From contig FLMG01003832.1 in NCBI GenBank assembly GCA_900088475.1, positions 1 through 64,000 on the forward strand: DNA of 64,000 nucleotides. Direction: 5' to 3'. The DNA is from Hyphochytrium catenoides. Taxonomy: Eukaryota > Protista > Hyphochytriomycota. The notes under the pieces are model-generated. The model saw only the letters and a program-made list of their open reading frames with translations. It searched no databases and was not told the DNA's origin. Below are positions 49,125 through 60,946 of the stretch, piece by piece (positions within the stretch are counted from its first letter, which is position 1; every line of letters begins with the position of its first letter). Made by a program: the position numbers and the translations under genes.

Positions 49125-52100
49125 AAGAGAGAGAAAAGAGAGAGGGTAGTGCCCCTCAAAGGCCAATCTTTTGAGGTGGTGACCTGTCTCCATCTCCCTC
49201 GCTATCAGGCAGTAGATCTATAGTCCCAGCACTGCTGCTGCTGCTGCTGCCATCTTCTCTTCTTCGCCCTGAACGGAGGAGGAAGTTCTCCTTCTGTTGA
49301 TCCTCAGAAAGTTCTGACAGCCAACAGGTGCGGCTGGTCTCTCATCTTTTTCTTCTTCTTTCAACACTAGCTCCTAGGGCAATCACGGCAGAAGACGCTT
49401 AGTTTGTCAGAAAGAAGATCCATCATCAGAGTGGTGAGGCGCCGCTGCGTGTTCTGGCCACCACGATCAGAGGCTGTCTGACTATCCCTTGGCCTGCTTG
49501 GCCGCCTGACTACGATGGCAGGGATTCTCTATTCGAAGCGTGATGATGACTTCTTGAAAGCTGCCTGTGGACTGTTCGGAGAGCGGCGAAGTCACGGCGC
49601 TTGGTAAGTGTGCCGACCAAGCTCAGGACACAGCGGGAGAACAGGCAAAAGGTATTATGCACGTCATAGGGATTTAGCCGCGCGTGAATGGCCGTCACGA
49701 CGATGGTGTGACAGACATTATCGGTCGGTCGCTCGACACCACGCTGACTCTTGGGAAGACGACAGCCAGAGAAGGGACGGATCTCTTGTGTGTGCCTGCT
49801 GCTGAAGAAGGAAATGCGCTGATTGACATGATGCGACAGCGGCTACGCATCGTCGTGGGATCTTTGCCACCCATGGGACGTGCCGGTCAAGACAAGCAAC
49901 GACGTGAGATCCAACGCCTTGTCCTTGGACGCGCGGAGGATTATGGACCACCCGTCCGTGGTAATGCGTGGGTTCTCTCCCGACCTGACGTCTCCACATT
50001 CCTTAGAGTCCCCCGTTCAGCAAGGATGTCACCTACTCTCCCGTCGGAGATCAGGCAGGTTTGCGATGCCCTTGAAGACCCGTCGAGGTCTACCATTGGT
50101 ACCACTTGCGGAGATTGTTGGACAGTGAATAGCAACGCTTTCGAGGCCCATGAGGCACAGAGCTCGTGGAGACGAGCAGGCCTTCGATTCCTTCTCTCGC
50201 GCCTTTCACGTCTTACCATGCCAGATCCCTTCTGCAGCACCGAGCGAGGGCACAGTCATCCTGCTGCCGTGCAAAGCGTCTGGATAGTAGGTTGATAACG
50301 TTGGACCACTAGCCAGGCGACAGCCAGACTCCGTCAAAGGAAAGCACATGGTGGTCTGCTGGTGTACACATTGTCAGCAGGTAAAGCGCAATAGCAGCAG
50401 CATGCGACATCGCACACGCGCATCTTCTGGGTAACAATCATCAAGGAGAGAGAGTGTTGCCCTTGAAGGAAGAAGATTGATCCGGTGGCAATGCTGATAG
50501 TGAGAAAGAAGAGATGGATAGAAGAGGAAGAGCTAAAGCTGCGCAACAACGACTCACCAAAAGTACGCAATGCTTTGTAGGGCAGGGAGGAGCAGGAGTC
50601 ATCATCTAGGAGCTGACTAAGAATGGACCAAGAAGAGCGCTACTCGTGACAGAGTAGCGTCTGACTCTTGAGTGAATGCGCTACCGGAGCCTCGGGCTGA
50701 CAACAGTCCATGGATGTCAGTTGGTCGCTAGCTCCAGCGGCGAGGAGAAGGTGTCCAGCAGCAGAAGCAGCAGAGGACACTTTGAAAAATATGGACGCTC
50801 CTTGCTCTCTTCTTCTTTCGACTTTTTCTCAAGAAATGAGCTAAGGCCTTACTCCTCCTTTGAAGAAAGAAGAAGAAGAGTAGGAGAAGAAGAAAGAAGA
50901 AGAAGAAGAAAAAAGAAAGAAGGAGAATAGACGGAGAAGAAGGAGAAGAAGAAGAAAGAGGAAAGAGGAAAGAGAAGGACCGAGGTAGGAAAGGCTTGGT
51001 CTCTTCATCAGCTCTTTCTCCCCTTCACCACTATTATCAGCTGATCTCTTCAGCAATGATGAGAACAAAAGGAGAGGCAATGAAGACCACCTTCATCACA
51101 CTGCCAGGCAAGCAGAAAGGGTTCTTTACTTCCTGGCAGGGAGGTTGAGGTCTGACAGAGCTCCAAAAAGAAGAAGAAGACTAGGAACATAGCGGATGAA
51201 TCTCTTAGTAGTGCTTCGCCTCTCACCTCATCATGAGAAGCTAACAGCCCTAAGCTTCCAATCATTGCCGCTCCGTCCTGGTGTCAGGGGAACCGCTGCA
51301 GGTCAGCCCAGAATCTCCTTATTCTTCCTCGTCTCCTGCAGCAGCAGGAAGCCCTTGTTCTTCTCGCTGTCTCGTTTGGCTTTCCTTCTCTTCCACGTCT
51401 CTTTCCTGTTGGACTTGGCCACTGAAAACAGCACATCATCATTGACAGCGGAGGATTCTCTAGCGTTTTTGTCAGGCGTCCCAGCTCCGGGGCTGCTATT
51501 ATTGAGGTGGCGCCAACCAGGAAGAGTAGTCAACAGTGCGGCAGTCCGCATCGGATATGAAGCCGCTTCTGCGCGCACAGGTGGGATGCTCACCTCCTCC
51601 TGACAGCTAAGCAGCGGGCGCGCTTCTTGTCCTCTTCCCTGGCTGATCTTGTCCTGGGTGGCTCTGGATCAGGGTTTTCCTTATGGGAATCCTCCTCCTC
51701 CACACAGGTAAACCTTCCACTTTGCAGCCGGGACTCACTAGAAAGAGAGCCATTATCCTTGTAAGTGCTGTCCATCGTAAGAGAAGACATTACATTGGCA
51801 AGCCTCATCAACGCTCGTTTCCCTCGGGTGCTTGATGAGCGTCTGTACTTGGAAGGTCCTTCTTGACCGAACTGCTTCCTGCAGCAGCATGCTAGGCGAA
51901 CGAACAACGCTACCTTTCTGCACTTCCTGCCGCGCACGCGTTCTATCGCAAGCCTTTGGCCACGTTCGTCCCTTGTGGGACTTCCTTTGGAGAAGAAGTT
52001 GGCCCAGCTCCTGTCTGGATCTAAAGGACAGCGGCAGTGCTGGTCATCGACGGGTTCCTCTCTCTTGCCAGTCTAGGATGTACTCCTTCTGTCGATAGAG

Positions 52101-52860
52101 AGGGAGAGGTTATGGTCGCGGTGAGAGCCAACAATCGCCAACATGAGGAAGAGCTAGCCATCACGAGAAAGCGTGCCATGTCCTTCCTTGTGCCGTCAAA
52201 GGCTGAAGAAGATTGAGGCGTGGGCTGGCTGTTAGCTGGGCTGTTAGCCGCAAAAGAAGAACCTTCTTTGCCCTTCCTGAAGCGCCTTCCAGGTGCCAGA
52301 AGCCTCCTCCTGCTAGCTGTTTGTTTCTCAGAGATGGATCTCTATGCAAGAGAGATTGGATAGAGATTCGTCGATCTATTGCTTGGTACCATCAGTCAGC
52401 CCGCTAAGTTAGTAAGAGGAAGTTTTGGTGGCTAGAACGGTAAAGGCGTTAGTTGATATATAAAAGAAGAAGAAGGCCTATAGACTTTCTCTCCCTCCTC
52501 CGCTCTCTCTCTCTTTCCTTCTTCTCGCCCCCGTCTCCCGCTTTTCTCTCTCTCTCTTTCTCACTCACTCTTTCTGTGTCATATTTCCTATAGCCCTGCT
52601 CTTATCACTATTAAGAGCTCTAAGGATAAAGGACGGAAGGAGCAACAACCGGTCTATTTTACTCCGAGATAAAGATCGAGAGGCTATTGTCCTTGAACGA
52701 CTTGGGCTGTCTAGGGATCTGGTGCAAATGGCAAGCAAATCTATGACTTTGCTGACGTCCGTGTTGGCTCTCCTAAGGAGGCATCGCTCTCTTTATGTTC
52801 CGGAATAATAGCCACTGAATGAAGTCCATGGCATAGATGGGAAGCCGTGCACAGTCTGCT

Positions 52861-53337
52861 TTAGACTCGCCTGATCGTTTCTAGCCTTGCAGGCGGACCA
52901 AAGTCACAGCCATCTTGCTGGATCTGTAGGTGGTTGGCCATCTGGCACAGTACGCAGGCAGGGCAGCACCAGGAGCAACAACAGTCGCCACAGCAGTCCC
53001 CATGCAACCCTAGGACCTGGCTTGCTTTTCTTCTTAACAAGCATGTCCAACAACAGCTAAAGCCCATGAAAATTGAGAGCAGACAGAACAAACTGTTCAC
53101 AAGGCATCCGCAGTCATCGCAGCATCCATTAGAGCCAATCCTCTCTGAGATCTGGCCGAAGGTAATGCATGGACAGTACATCACCATACAGCAGTTTTTG
53201 CAGTTATCTGTGCATCCACATATTCCTGAGGACCAACCAAGACTCTGATGAACTGGAGCTGTGCTCATGACATAGACAACGTTCTGGTGGTTGTTGGGGC
53301 TTGCGGGCAGGCCGTTCTGAGTAGTGGCAACCTTCAT
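52861..53337 (-). CDS. PLAC8 / cornifelin / PCR-family cysteine-rich protein, 158 aa, intronless
   Basis: WSSGICGC.D...CC....CPCITFGQI, an LRRK segment and G.CC.DCCCSWCCPACVLCQM, which is the canonical PLAC8 pattern. Confidence 0.92.
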   Translation of the reverse strand: MKVATTQNGLPASPNNHQNVVYVMSTAPVHQSLGWSSGICGCTDNCKNCCMVMYCPCITFGQISERIGSNGCCDDCGCLVNSLFCLLSIFMGFSCCWTCLLRRKASQVLGLHGDCCGDCCCSWCCPACVLCQMANHLQIQQDGCDFGPPARLETIRRV

Positions 53338-54517
53338 CTCTTGCCTCTGACGACGGTCCGGTAGGAGGGCCGGGGCTCTTTATCACTTCTTGGAAGAGAA
53401 AGCGAACGGATAATCCAACCAGCAGGACAGCCAATAAATTGATGATCGAGGTCTTCTTTCTAAGCCAATAGTTCTTCAAAGCAGTGACGTCTGACGCGGT
53501 GGAAAGCAGCTGCCGCCCTCGATAGAAAATGAAAAGTAATGCTGGCTCCTTTTTGGGAGGGTCATACACATTTTGCTCTTCTTGAAGAAGGTCAAATAGC
53601 TGGCACCCGGCGGCGGTGCAGTTGGAGAATGATGGTGATGATGAGTACATGCACTCGTAGAGAGCAAGAAGAAGCATATAGAGGAGTAGGTAGATCGGCC
53701 CTCTAACAATGTTATAACTGCTGAAGTAGTAACAATAACATGAACACGACGAAGACAGGAACGTCATCCCTATTCCTGCTGATCAAAAAGAAGCCGCGGA
53801 GAACGAAGAGGTGACGAAGAAGAAGAAGCAGACAACCAAAACAACAATGGTCTATCCTCCTGCCTATTATAGAGAGAGAGTGCACACCTGTGATAACAAC
53901 TCTACTACTGGCGTCCGGTCCGTTACATCCTGGTCCAGTAGCTGTAAAACAGGTGAAGAAACAAACAACAATGGTCATTGGCGGCGGAAGGAGGAGGACT
54001 CTCCTCAGAAAAGCTCATCAAGTGAATCCCGTCCCGTCAAGGAGGGCAACAACAAGTGCCATAGCAGCAGCAGCAGAAGGAGAAGAAGAAGCGCACTACT
54101 ACTACTACTAGAAGCGTTAGTAGTAGCTTTAGTAGTGCACTAGGGAGTAACGACTCGAGTTCTACTGTTTTGTCGCACAAAGGTAAGAGAGCTGGGTCAT
54201 CCAAAGCTCCGCTTCCTGGTAACCTCTCAATTGGTATGAAAGCACAGATAATATCTGCCTTAGGATTGGAGATATAGCGACGCCAGATACCATTCTCGGA
54301 GTTGAGCTTCGGCGGGCGTAAGACCTTATTCAGAATTACGGTACATGATCTGGACACCTATGGGGGATTATCCTTGCTTTATGCGAAATGATGCAAGTAT
54401 TGAGCCGCTGGTGGAAGGATGAAACCACCTTGATGTCCGTCTCATCATCAACTTCCTCTCAAGCCGAAGAAGAACGGAAGAAGCTGCTGCTGCTGCTCGA
54501 ACCACGACGACGAGCAC

Positions 54518-55418
54518 TCTTAGAACTAGTGCTCCCTCGTCATCGTCGCTGCTCCTGCTGTGCTGCTTCCTCTTCACTCTACAACTAGTGTTCCCTCGTT
54601 ATCGTCGCTGATCCTGCTGGCTGGGCTGCTTCCTCTTCTCCAGGACTACTACTCCACCAGAAGAAGTAAAGTTCCCTCGTCATCGACGGTCGCTGCTCCT
54701 GCTGTGCTGCTTCCTCTTCACTCTAGAACTAGTTCCCTCGTCATCCATATCGTCGCTGCTGCTGCTGCGGTGCTGCTTCCTCTTTACTCTAGAACTACTA
54801 CTGTTCCCTCGTCATCCATATCGTCGCTGCTGCTGCGGTGCAGCTTCCTCTTTACTCTAGAACTAACTACTGTTACTCCCTCGTCATCGTCGCTGCTCCT
54901 CTGCTCCTGCTGTGCTGCTTCCTCCTTTCTTTAGTTCTCCACTCTTCTGTTGCTGCTGCTCCTCCTGCCAGTTAAACGTATCATCGCTCATCCTGGATTC
55001 CTCATCTTCTATCATCATCACCGGTCAAGATAGAGCTAAAGCAGCGCCAGCCTTCGTCCACTAGTAGTCATTAGTCGTCAAGACGCATGCAACAACTAGG
55101 GAAATGTAATGAAGTACAAATAACAGGATCACCGGATTTTGGAGCAGGAGGTTTTTTGGAGTCTCTGCAGTCTATCTTGTAAGCGATCGGGCTAGTAGAC
55201 TGATCTGGACAAGAGAGGATCCCATACGCTCGTCTTCTCTCGTCATCATCGCTGCTCCTGCTGTCCTGCTTCATCCTTTCTTTAGTTCTCCACTCTGTTG
55301 CCGCTGCCAAATAGACAAAGTATCATCGCTCATCTTGGTACTCCTCTATCATCATCATCATCACCTGTCACTATAGGACTAAACCAGCGCCAGTCTTCGT
55401 CCACTAATAGTCAGTAGT
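54518..55418. repeat. Imperfect 55-70 bp tandem array (54518-54930) plus a ~190-bp block duplicated at 54880-55075 and 55237-55418
   Basis: CTAGAACTA..TTCCCTCGTCATC..CGCTGCT..TGTGCTGCTTCCTCTT(C/T)ACT recurs. Both copies of the duplicated block end in CAGCGCCAG(C/T)CTTCGTCCACTA(G/A)TAGTCA(T/G)TAG. Confidence 0.8.
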
Positions 55419-55585
55419 AACGGAAGAATCATCACGACGGAATTTCCAAAGCTCGCTGTCATTAGGAGTCTCTGCAGCAGTCTTACTATACTTTCAAGCG
55501 ACCCTCACCTTTCTCCTCAAGATGATGATAAGGCCTTAGCTACTATTCTTATAAAAATAATACTTTCTACCTAAAAAAGAGATTC

Positions 55586-55680
55586 AAGAAGAGGGAAGGA
55601 GAAGAAGAAGAAAAAAAAAAAGCAGAGGAAGCAGAGGAAGAAGAGACAAGAGTTACAAAGTCCTGGACACTATCTCTAAC
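55586..55680 (+). repeat. Short GAA tract plus family A motif (copy 4, 55643-55680)
   Basis: GAGACAAGAGTTACAAAGTCCTGGACACT. Confidence 0.65.
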
Positions 55681-58511
55681 CAAGGCTTATTATTACCCGC
55701 GTAATCTTTCCCCTACTATCCCACGTTGCAGTTAGGTATATAGATCTTGATAGTTAAGAGTAGAAGGATCTGTAGCGTTAAAATTGATAGAGAAAAGCCT
55801 TTTCATTTAGAATGAGGATAATGCGGTGGGAAGCACAGCTCTCTCTCATTCTTGTTGAGTCCAGAACCTCATCTCCTTTCGTCTCGGAATGATAGATGAT
55901 GATGGGGCACGGGCTATCTAATGATAATATCTGTTCTTCTCCCCTCCGTCATATAATAATTAGACAAAGCTTGCCTCCTGTGGTGCTCTGCCTGGGAGCC
56001 CCAGATCCTCTGCTGTCATCTTGGTCATTGCCTCCTCACATCCACACCACGACGGGGTCGTTTGCCTTGCAGTGATCATGACAGGCAGAAGAAGTGAACT
56101 TGGCAGCTCCTCCCGGGCCACAGGCACTACGCTCTGTACATCTTTAGGACAGTGATGATGATAAGGAGCCAGCGCAAACGCGGGTAGTAGGCCCGCCCTG
56201 CTGGCCCCAGGCTGCTTCGCTGCCTGATAACAATGAGGATGATCAAACATTATATTCCTGCTGCAACTCTATCTACGTACTCCACGCTGGAGAGCACACG
56301 GCCGGGTAAGCTCTTTCTATAGGTAATCATAGCAAGGTAATCATAGCAAGGGCGCCACCCCGGCCGGCCTGGTCTCGGGCCATGGGTGGGCTCTCTCTCT
56401 CCCTCTCTCCTGTTGTTGGCGCTCAAGAGACAAACGAGAAAGATGGCGTGCTAACCTCCCTCAACAGAGGGCACTTTCTTGCCTTGATCTAAGGACGTAT
56501 AAGGTACTTCTGATGACGAAGAGCGGTACGGCCCGCGCTCCTTCTTCTTCTCAGGAGACTCGCTGCCCGAGCTCTTCTTATGATTGTTTTGAAGACAGAG
56601 AGAGAGAAAGAGAGAGAGAGAGAGGATAGAGGGGGGAATGATAATTCGGCTGGTGGTTGTGGCTGGCGCAGTGTACCTTCTTCTGCTTGCGTTTGGTAGG
56701 GAGCTAGCCAAAACGTCATCCGATCTTCTAGGCTAGCTCCTGCGGGCAGCAGCCAGACGCCACCTGGAGGTCAGAGCATGGCAGGAAAAAAAAAGAACAT
56801 ATCTTCTCTCTTCCGTTATGTTCACAATGGAGAGGGAGCGAAGCGGAAGCAAAAATAAGTAGCCACTCTTCTCTTTCCTTTCTCTTCATCCGTGTAGTTT
56901 CTTCTTTTTTTCTCTCTCTCCTCTTCAATTTGCCTATCATTCCTTTCTTCTCTCTTCCTTTCTTACCAGGCTTTTTCATTTTTTTCACTACGGAGTACTT
57001 CTTCCCCTTCTCCTCCTAGATGGCTCTCGCGCCCTCCCCTCTCAAGTCTCTCTCTTCTCTCAAAGGCCTCTGAAGTCTCTCTCTTCGTCTCTCTCTTCGT
57101 CTCTCTCTTTCACTCTTCTCTTTTTTCTTTCTCTCGTCGCCTCGTCAGGTGGTAAAGATCATCATCACTGTCAACCGAGAGACACGTCCTGCTCCAGAAG
57201 AGCACCACACCAACTACAAGACTGCTATAGAAGATAACCAAGCTAGTTTCTTTAAGCGACAGTCCTCAAACTCTCTCTTTCTCTGTCGTCGGTCTTCTCT
57301 CTCTCTTTTTTTCCTCTGCCATGCTCATTCTGTCTTTCTCCTTCTCCTTCTCTTTCTTTCACGTTTTTCTCTTCATTATGCTGTTCTCTCTTCTCTCTCT
57401 TCTCTTCAAGATATCTTCTCTCTCTCTTCTCTACTATTTCACTCAATAATGAGCCCTTTTCCCCACTCACGCTTCCTCTCTCCTGCTCATTATAGTTTGC
57501 CTTCCTTCCTCCTCGCGTTTTTCTACTTTCGCCACGCTCCTCCTCTTCCCTTGCGGTCTACTTTCTTTCTCTCTCTCTCTTCTTATCTTCCACCGTCATG
57601 TTGAACTATGATGACGAAGTTCCTTTCCCCTGTCTTCAAGCTTTTTGACAACCTCTCCGTCCGCTAATAATAATCATAACATGATCCGTTTCCCTAGTGT
57701 CCTCTCTTCTTGTGTCCTCTCTTCTTGCTGCTCCCCGTTGATTGAGCTCTATATTGTTCTTGCTGATCATTCCTGTTCTGGGGATCACCGGTGGAGTGGC
57801 TCTCTCTTTCTTCCTCTCTCTTCTCTTTTCTTCTTCTCAATTTGCCTCAATAGTCGCTCTTTCTCTTTCTCTCTCTGTCTCTCTCTCTCTTTCTCTCATC
57901 CCTTTGCATTTCTCGTCCTTGTTTCTCCAGTTGTCTCCTCTTACCGATTTCGTCATTCCCTGCTGCCATCAAGACAAAGTGTAAAAACGTTCTTCCTCTT
58001 CTGATTTTCTCACTGTTTTTGTTCTTTGTCTCTTTCTCTATATTGCTCTCTTGCTTTGCCTTGTCTCGAGGAGAAGATAGATCGCCTACTGTATCATCTT
58101 CCTCTTTCTGCTTATGGAGGCGTCGTAGTACTGCTTTGTTGCCCTTCTATTCTTACGCTTGTCGAAGTCTCTCTCTCTCTTTCTCCCCCTCTGTGTCTCT
58201 CTCCACTCTCCTCTTCCCTTCCCCTGCTGCTCCTCCAACAGCTTTGGCGTTTGTAAGACTCTGTCTCCTTACTCGATCTAGCTCTCGATCTGCAGCAACA
58301 AGCTAATGACCAGCGAGAGGTTGAGATTGAGATGGTGTAGAGAGAGTAAAAGAGAGAAATGTTCTAGAGGTTAGAGGTGTAGAGACAGAAAGAAGAACAG
58401 AGAGAGAGTGGGAACGAGAGAGGAAAAGAGAGAGAAAAAGAGAGAGAGAAAATGAGAGAGAGGAAGAGAGAGAGAAAGAGAGAGAAGAAGAGAGAGAGAA
58501 AGAGAGAGAAG

Positions 58512-58577
<66 letters not shown>

Positions 58578-59631
58578 AAAAGAGAGAGATGAAATGAGAG
58601 GGAAAGAGAGTCATGAAAAATGAGAGAGAGAAAGAGAGAAACAGGATCGGAAAATAAAACGAGAGAAATAAACGAGAGAAATGATCCCGTGCTCTCTTTT
58701 CAGGAAATAAAAAAGCTGGAAAATAAGATCTAAGGAACAGTGCGCACGGCACCTACTAAAGAAGGCTCTAATTGCGCTCGTACGCACAAACTCAAGTGCA
58801 GGGAACCAGGAGCTAAACGGCCGCCATGAAACAGGTAACACGTGCACAAGCTTCACATCAACAGACCCACGACGCACAATTGTGCGCACAATATAATGTT
58901 TCCACTACCGTTTTACAGTAGTCTAGTGTTTTACCGTTAGCCATCCGCCCTTCAAGTGCATTTGGTGCGCTCGGGGAGGAAACATGATCATAGCGAGGAA
59001 GAAAAGAGATAGAAGAAGAAGGAGAGGACGGGAGATGAGAGATGCGAGGAAGATGGTCCCTCGAACAATGACAAGCGCGACTGATAACGACGGGAGAGCC
59101 AGTTCTTCTTTTCCATGCTGTTCCCCACAAAGCCGATGAGTCTTTTATTATGGGAAGGCAGGAAGGCAAGTACCTCCTTGACAGGCTTCACATCGCGAAT
59201 AAATGCTGTTTAATCTCAAATCAAGAAAGTTAAGGGGTTCTACATTTGTGATCAAGTGCGGTGTGTTTGTCTGTTTCTGCCAGAAGAGAAGAACTTACGA
59301 ACCTCTCTCTGCCTCTCTCTCTGCCTCTCTCTCTGTCTCTCTCTGCCTCTTCTTCTCATCCAGTCTTGTTCACTCTTCTCTCTTTGGTCTCTCTCTGTCT
59401 CATTCTCTCCTTCCTCGTCTATCTCTCTCTCTTTTTCCTTACTCTCACTCTGTCTCTCTGCCTCTCATTGCGGACAGTTGTTCATCATCTTCATCCTTCC
59501 CCCTCGATCTATCTTCCTTCTTTGTCCTTGTCTCTAGTCTTTTATTCTCTTTTTCTCTTTCCCTCGCCGCTCTCGCGCACTCTCTCCCTCTCTGCGCACC
59601 TCTCTTGCTCTCTCCTTTCTCTTTCTCCCCT

Positions 59632-59677
<46 letters not shown>

Positions 59678-59868
59678 ATCATTCCCTCCAGCTGCCTACA
59701 GTAATGCTCCCTATCATCATCAGTTGTCTTGCAAGGTTTGTTCCACTTGCTCGGTCTACAGAGCGATCTTCTCCGGCTCTAACTTCTCTTAGGCTGTTTT
59801 CCTTCTCCTTGGTTTGAGTTTCCACACTTTCTTCCCTCCTCTGCAGCTCTCCCTCTGGAATCTTTTCG

Positions 59869-59943
<75 letters not shown>

Positions 59944-60067
59944 TTTGTTTTTGCTTCGCTCTCTCTTATTTCCGCAGAACCAAAGAGATTCCTCTATTCG
60001 TCTTATACCGACCTGTCGTTCTCATTACATGTCTTCTCCCATCGTAATCAAGCTAGTAAAGCCCAAT

Positions 60068-60109
<42 letters not shown>

Positions 60110-60112
60110 GAC

Positions 60113-60287
60113 ACTGGCGCTGGTGCCGGTGGTGGCGCTGGGGTGGCAGGTTGCCCAAGCTTCTGCGGCAACAACATCGTCAAGGTTCTAACGAGAGAGA
60201 GAGAGAAACCCTGGCGCTGGTGTCGGTTGGCAGGTCGCCCAAGCTTCTGCGGCAACAGCATCGTCAAGCAGGTCAAGGTTCTATCGG
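60113..60287. repeat. Local direct duplication of a GC-rich ~75-bp block
   Basis: CTGGCGCTGGTG..GGT...GGCAGGT(T/C)GCCCAAGCTTCTGCGGCAACA(A/G)CATCGTCAAG occurs twice, separated by a (GA)n run. Confidence 0.8.
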
Positions 60288-60628
60288 AAGCCACTTTTAT
60301 TCTCTCTCTCTTTCTCTCTCTCCACTTTCTCTCTTTTACTCTCTTCTTTGTTGCGCGGCTCACTCTATTTCTTTTCCATCCATCACTGCTGCGTCCGCTC
60401 ATTTGGTTCTTCATTGCTTTTAGGATCAGCTCAGAACTCTCTCTTCGTCCTTTCAGTCAAGAAACACGTCCCTCCTTTATCCTCTCTCTCTCTCTCTTCT
60501 CTCTCTCTCTNNNNNNNNNNNNNNNNNNNNNNNNNNNNNNNNNNNNNNNNNNNNNNNNNNNNNNNNNNNNNNNNNNNNCGACGAAAGATCTTTGACTATT
60601 ATCTTCTCCCTCGCGGTGCTCTCAATCT

Positions 60629-60670
<42 letters not shown>

Positions 60671-60946
60671 CTCTTCTCTCTCATCTCTTTTTCTACATCA
60701 TAATGAGAGAATTGGTTGGGCTCTGGTTCTGGTGCTCGTCTAGCATCTTCTGCTCGTAGATGCGCTGATCCTTCCTCATTCCGACTCTTTCCTAAGAGAG
60801 AGCAAGTCCCCCTGCTCTCTTAACTCTCTGCTGTGTGCGTGTCTCTCTCTTCTGTACCGCCACCGCCGAAAGAAGTTTTTCAAGACTTAGGAAAGAGAAG
60901 AGCGAGGAGAAAAAGAAAAGAAGGAGAACGCAAAGGAGAAAAAACA

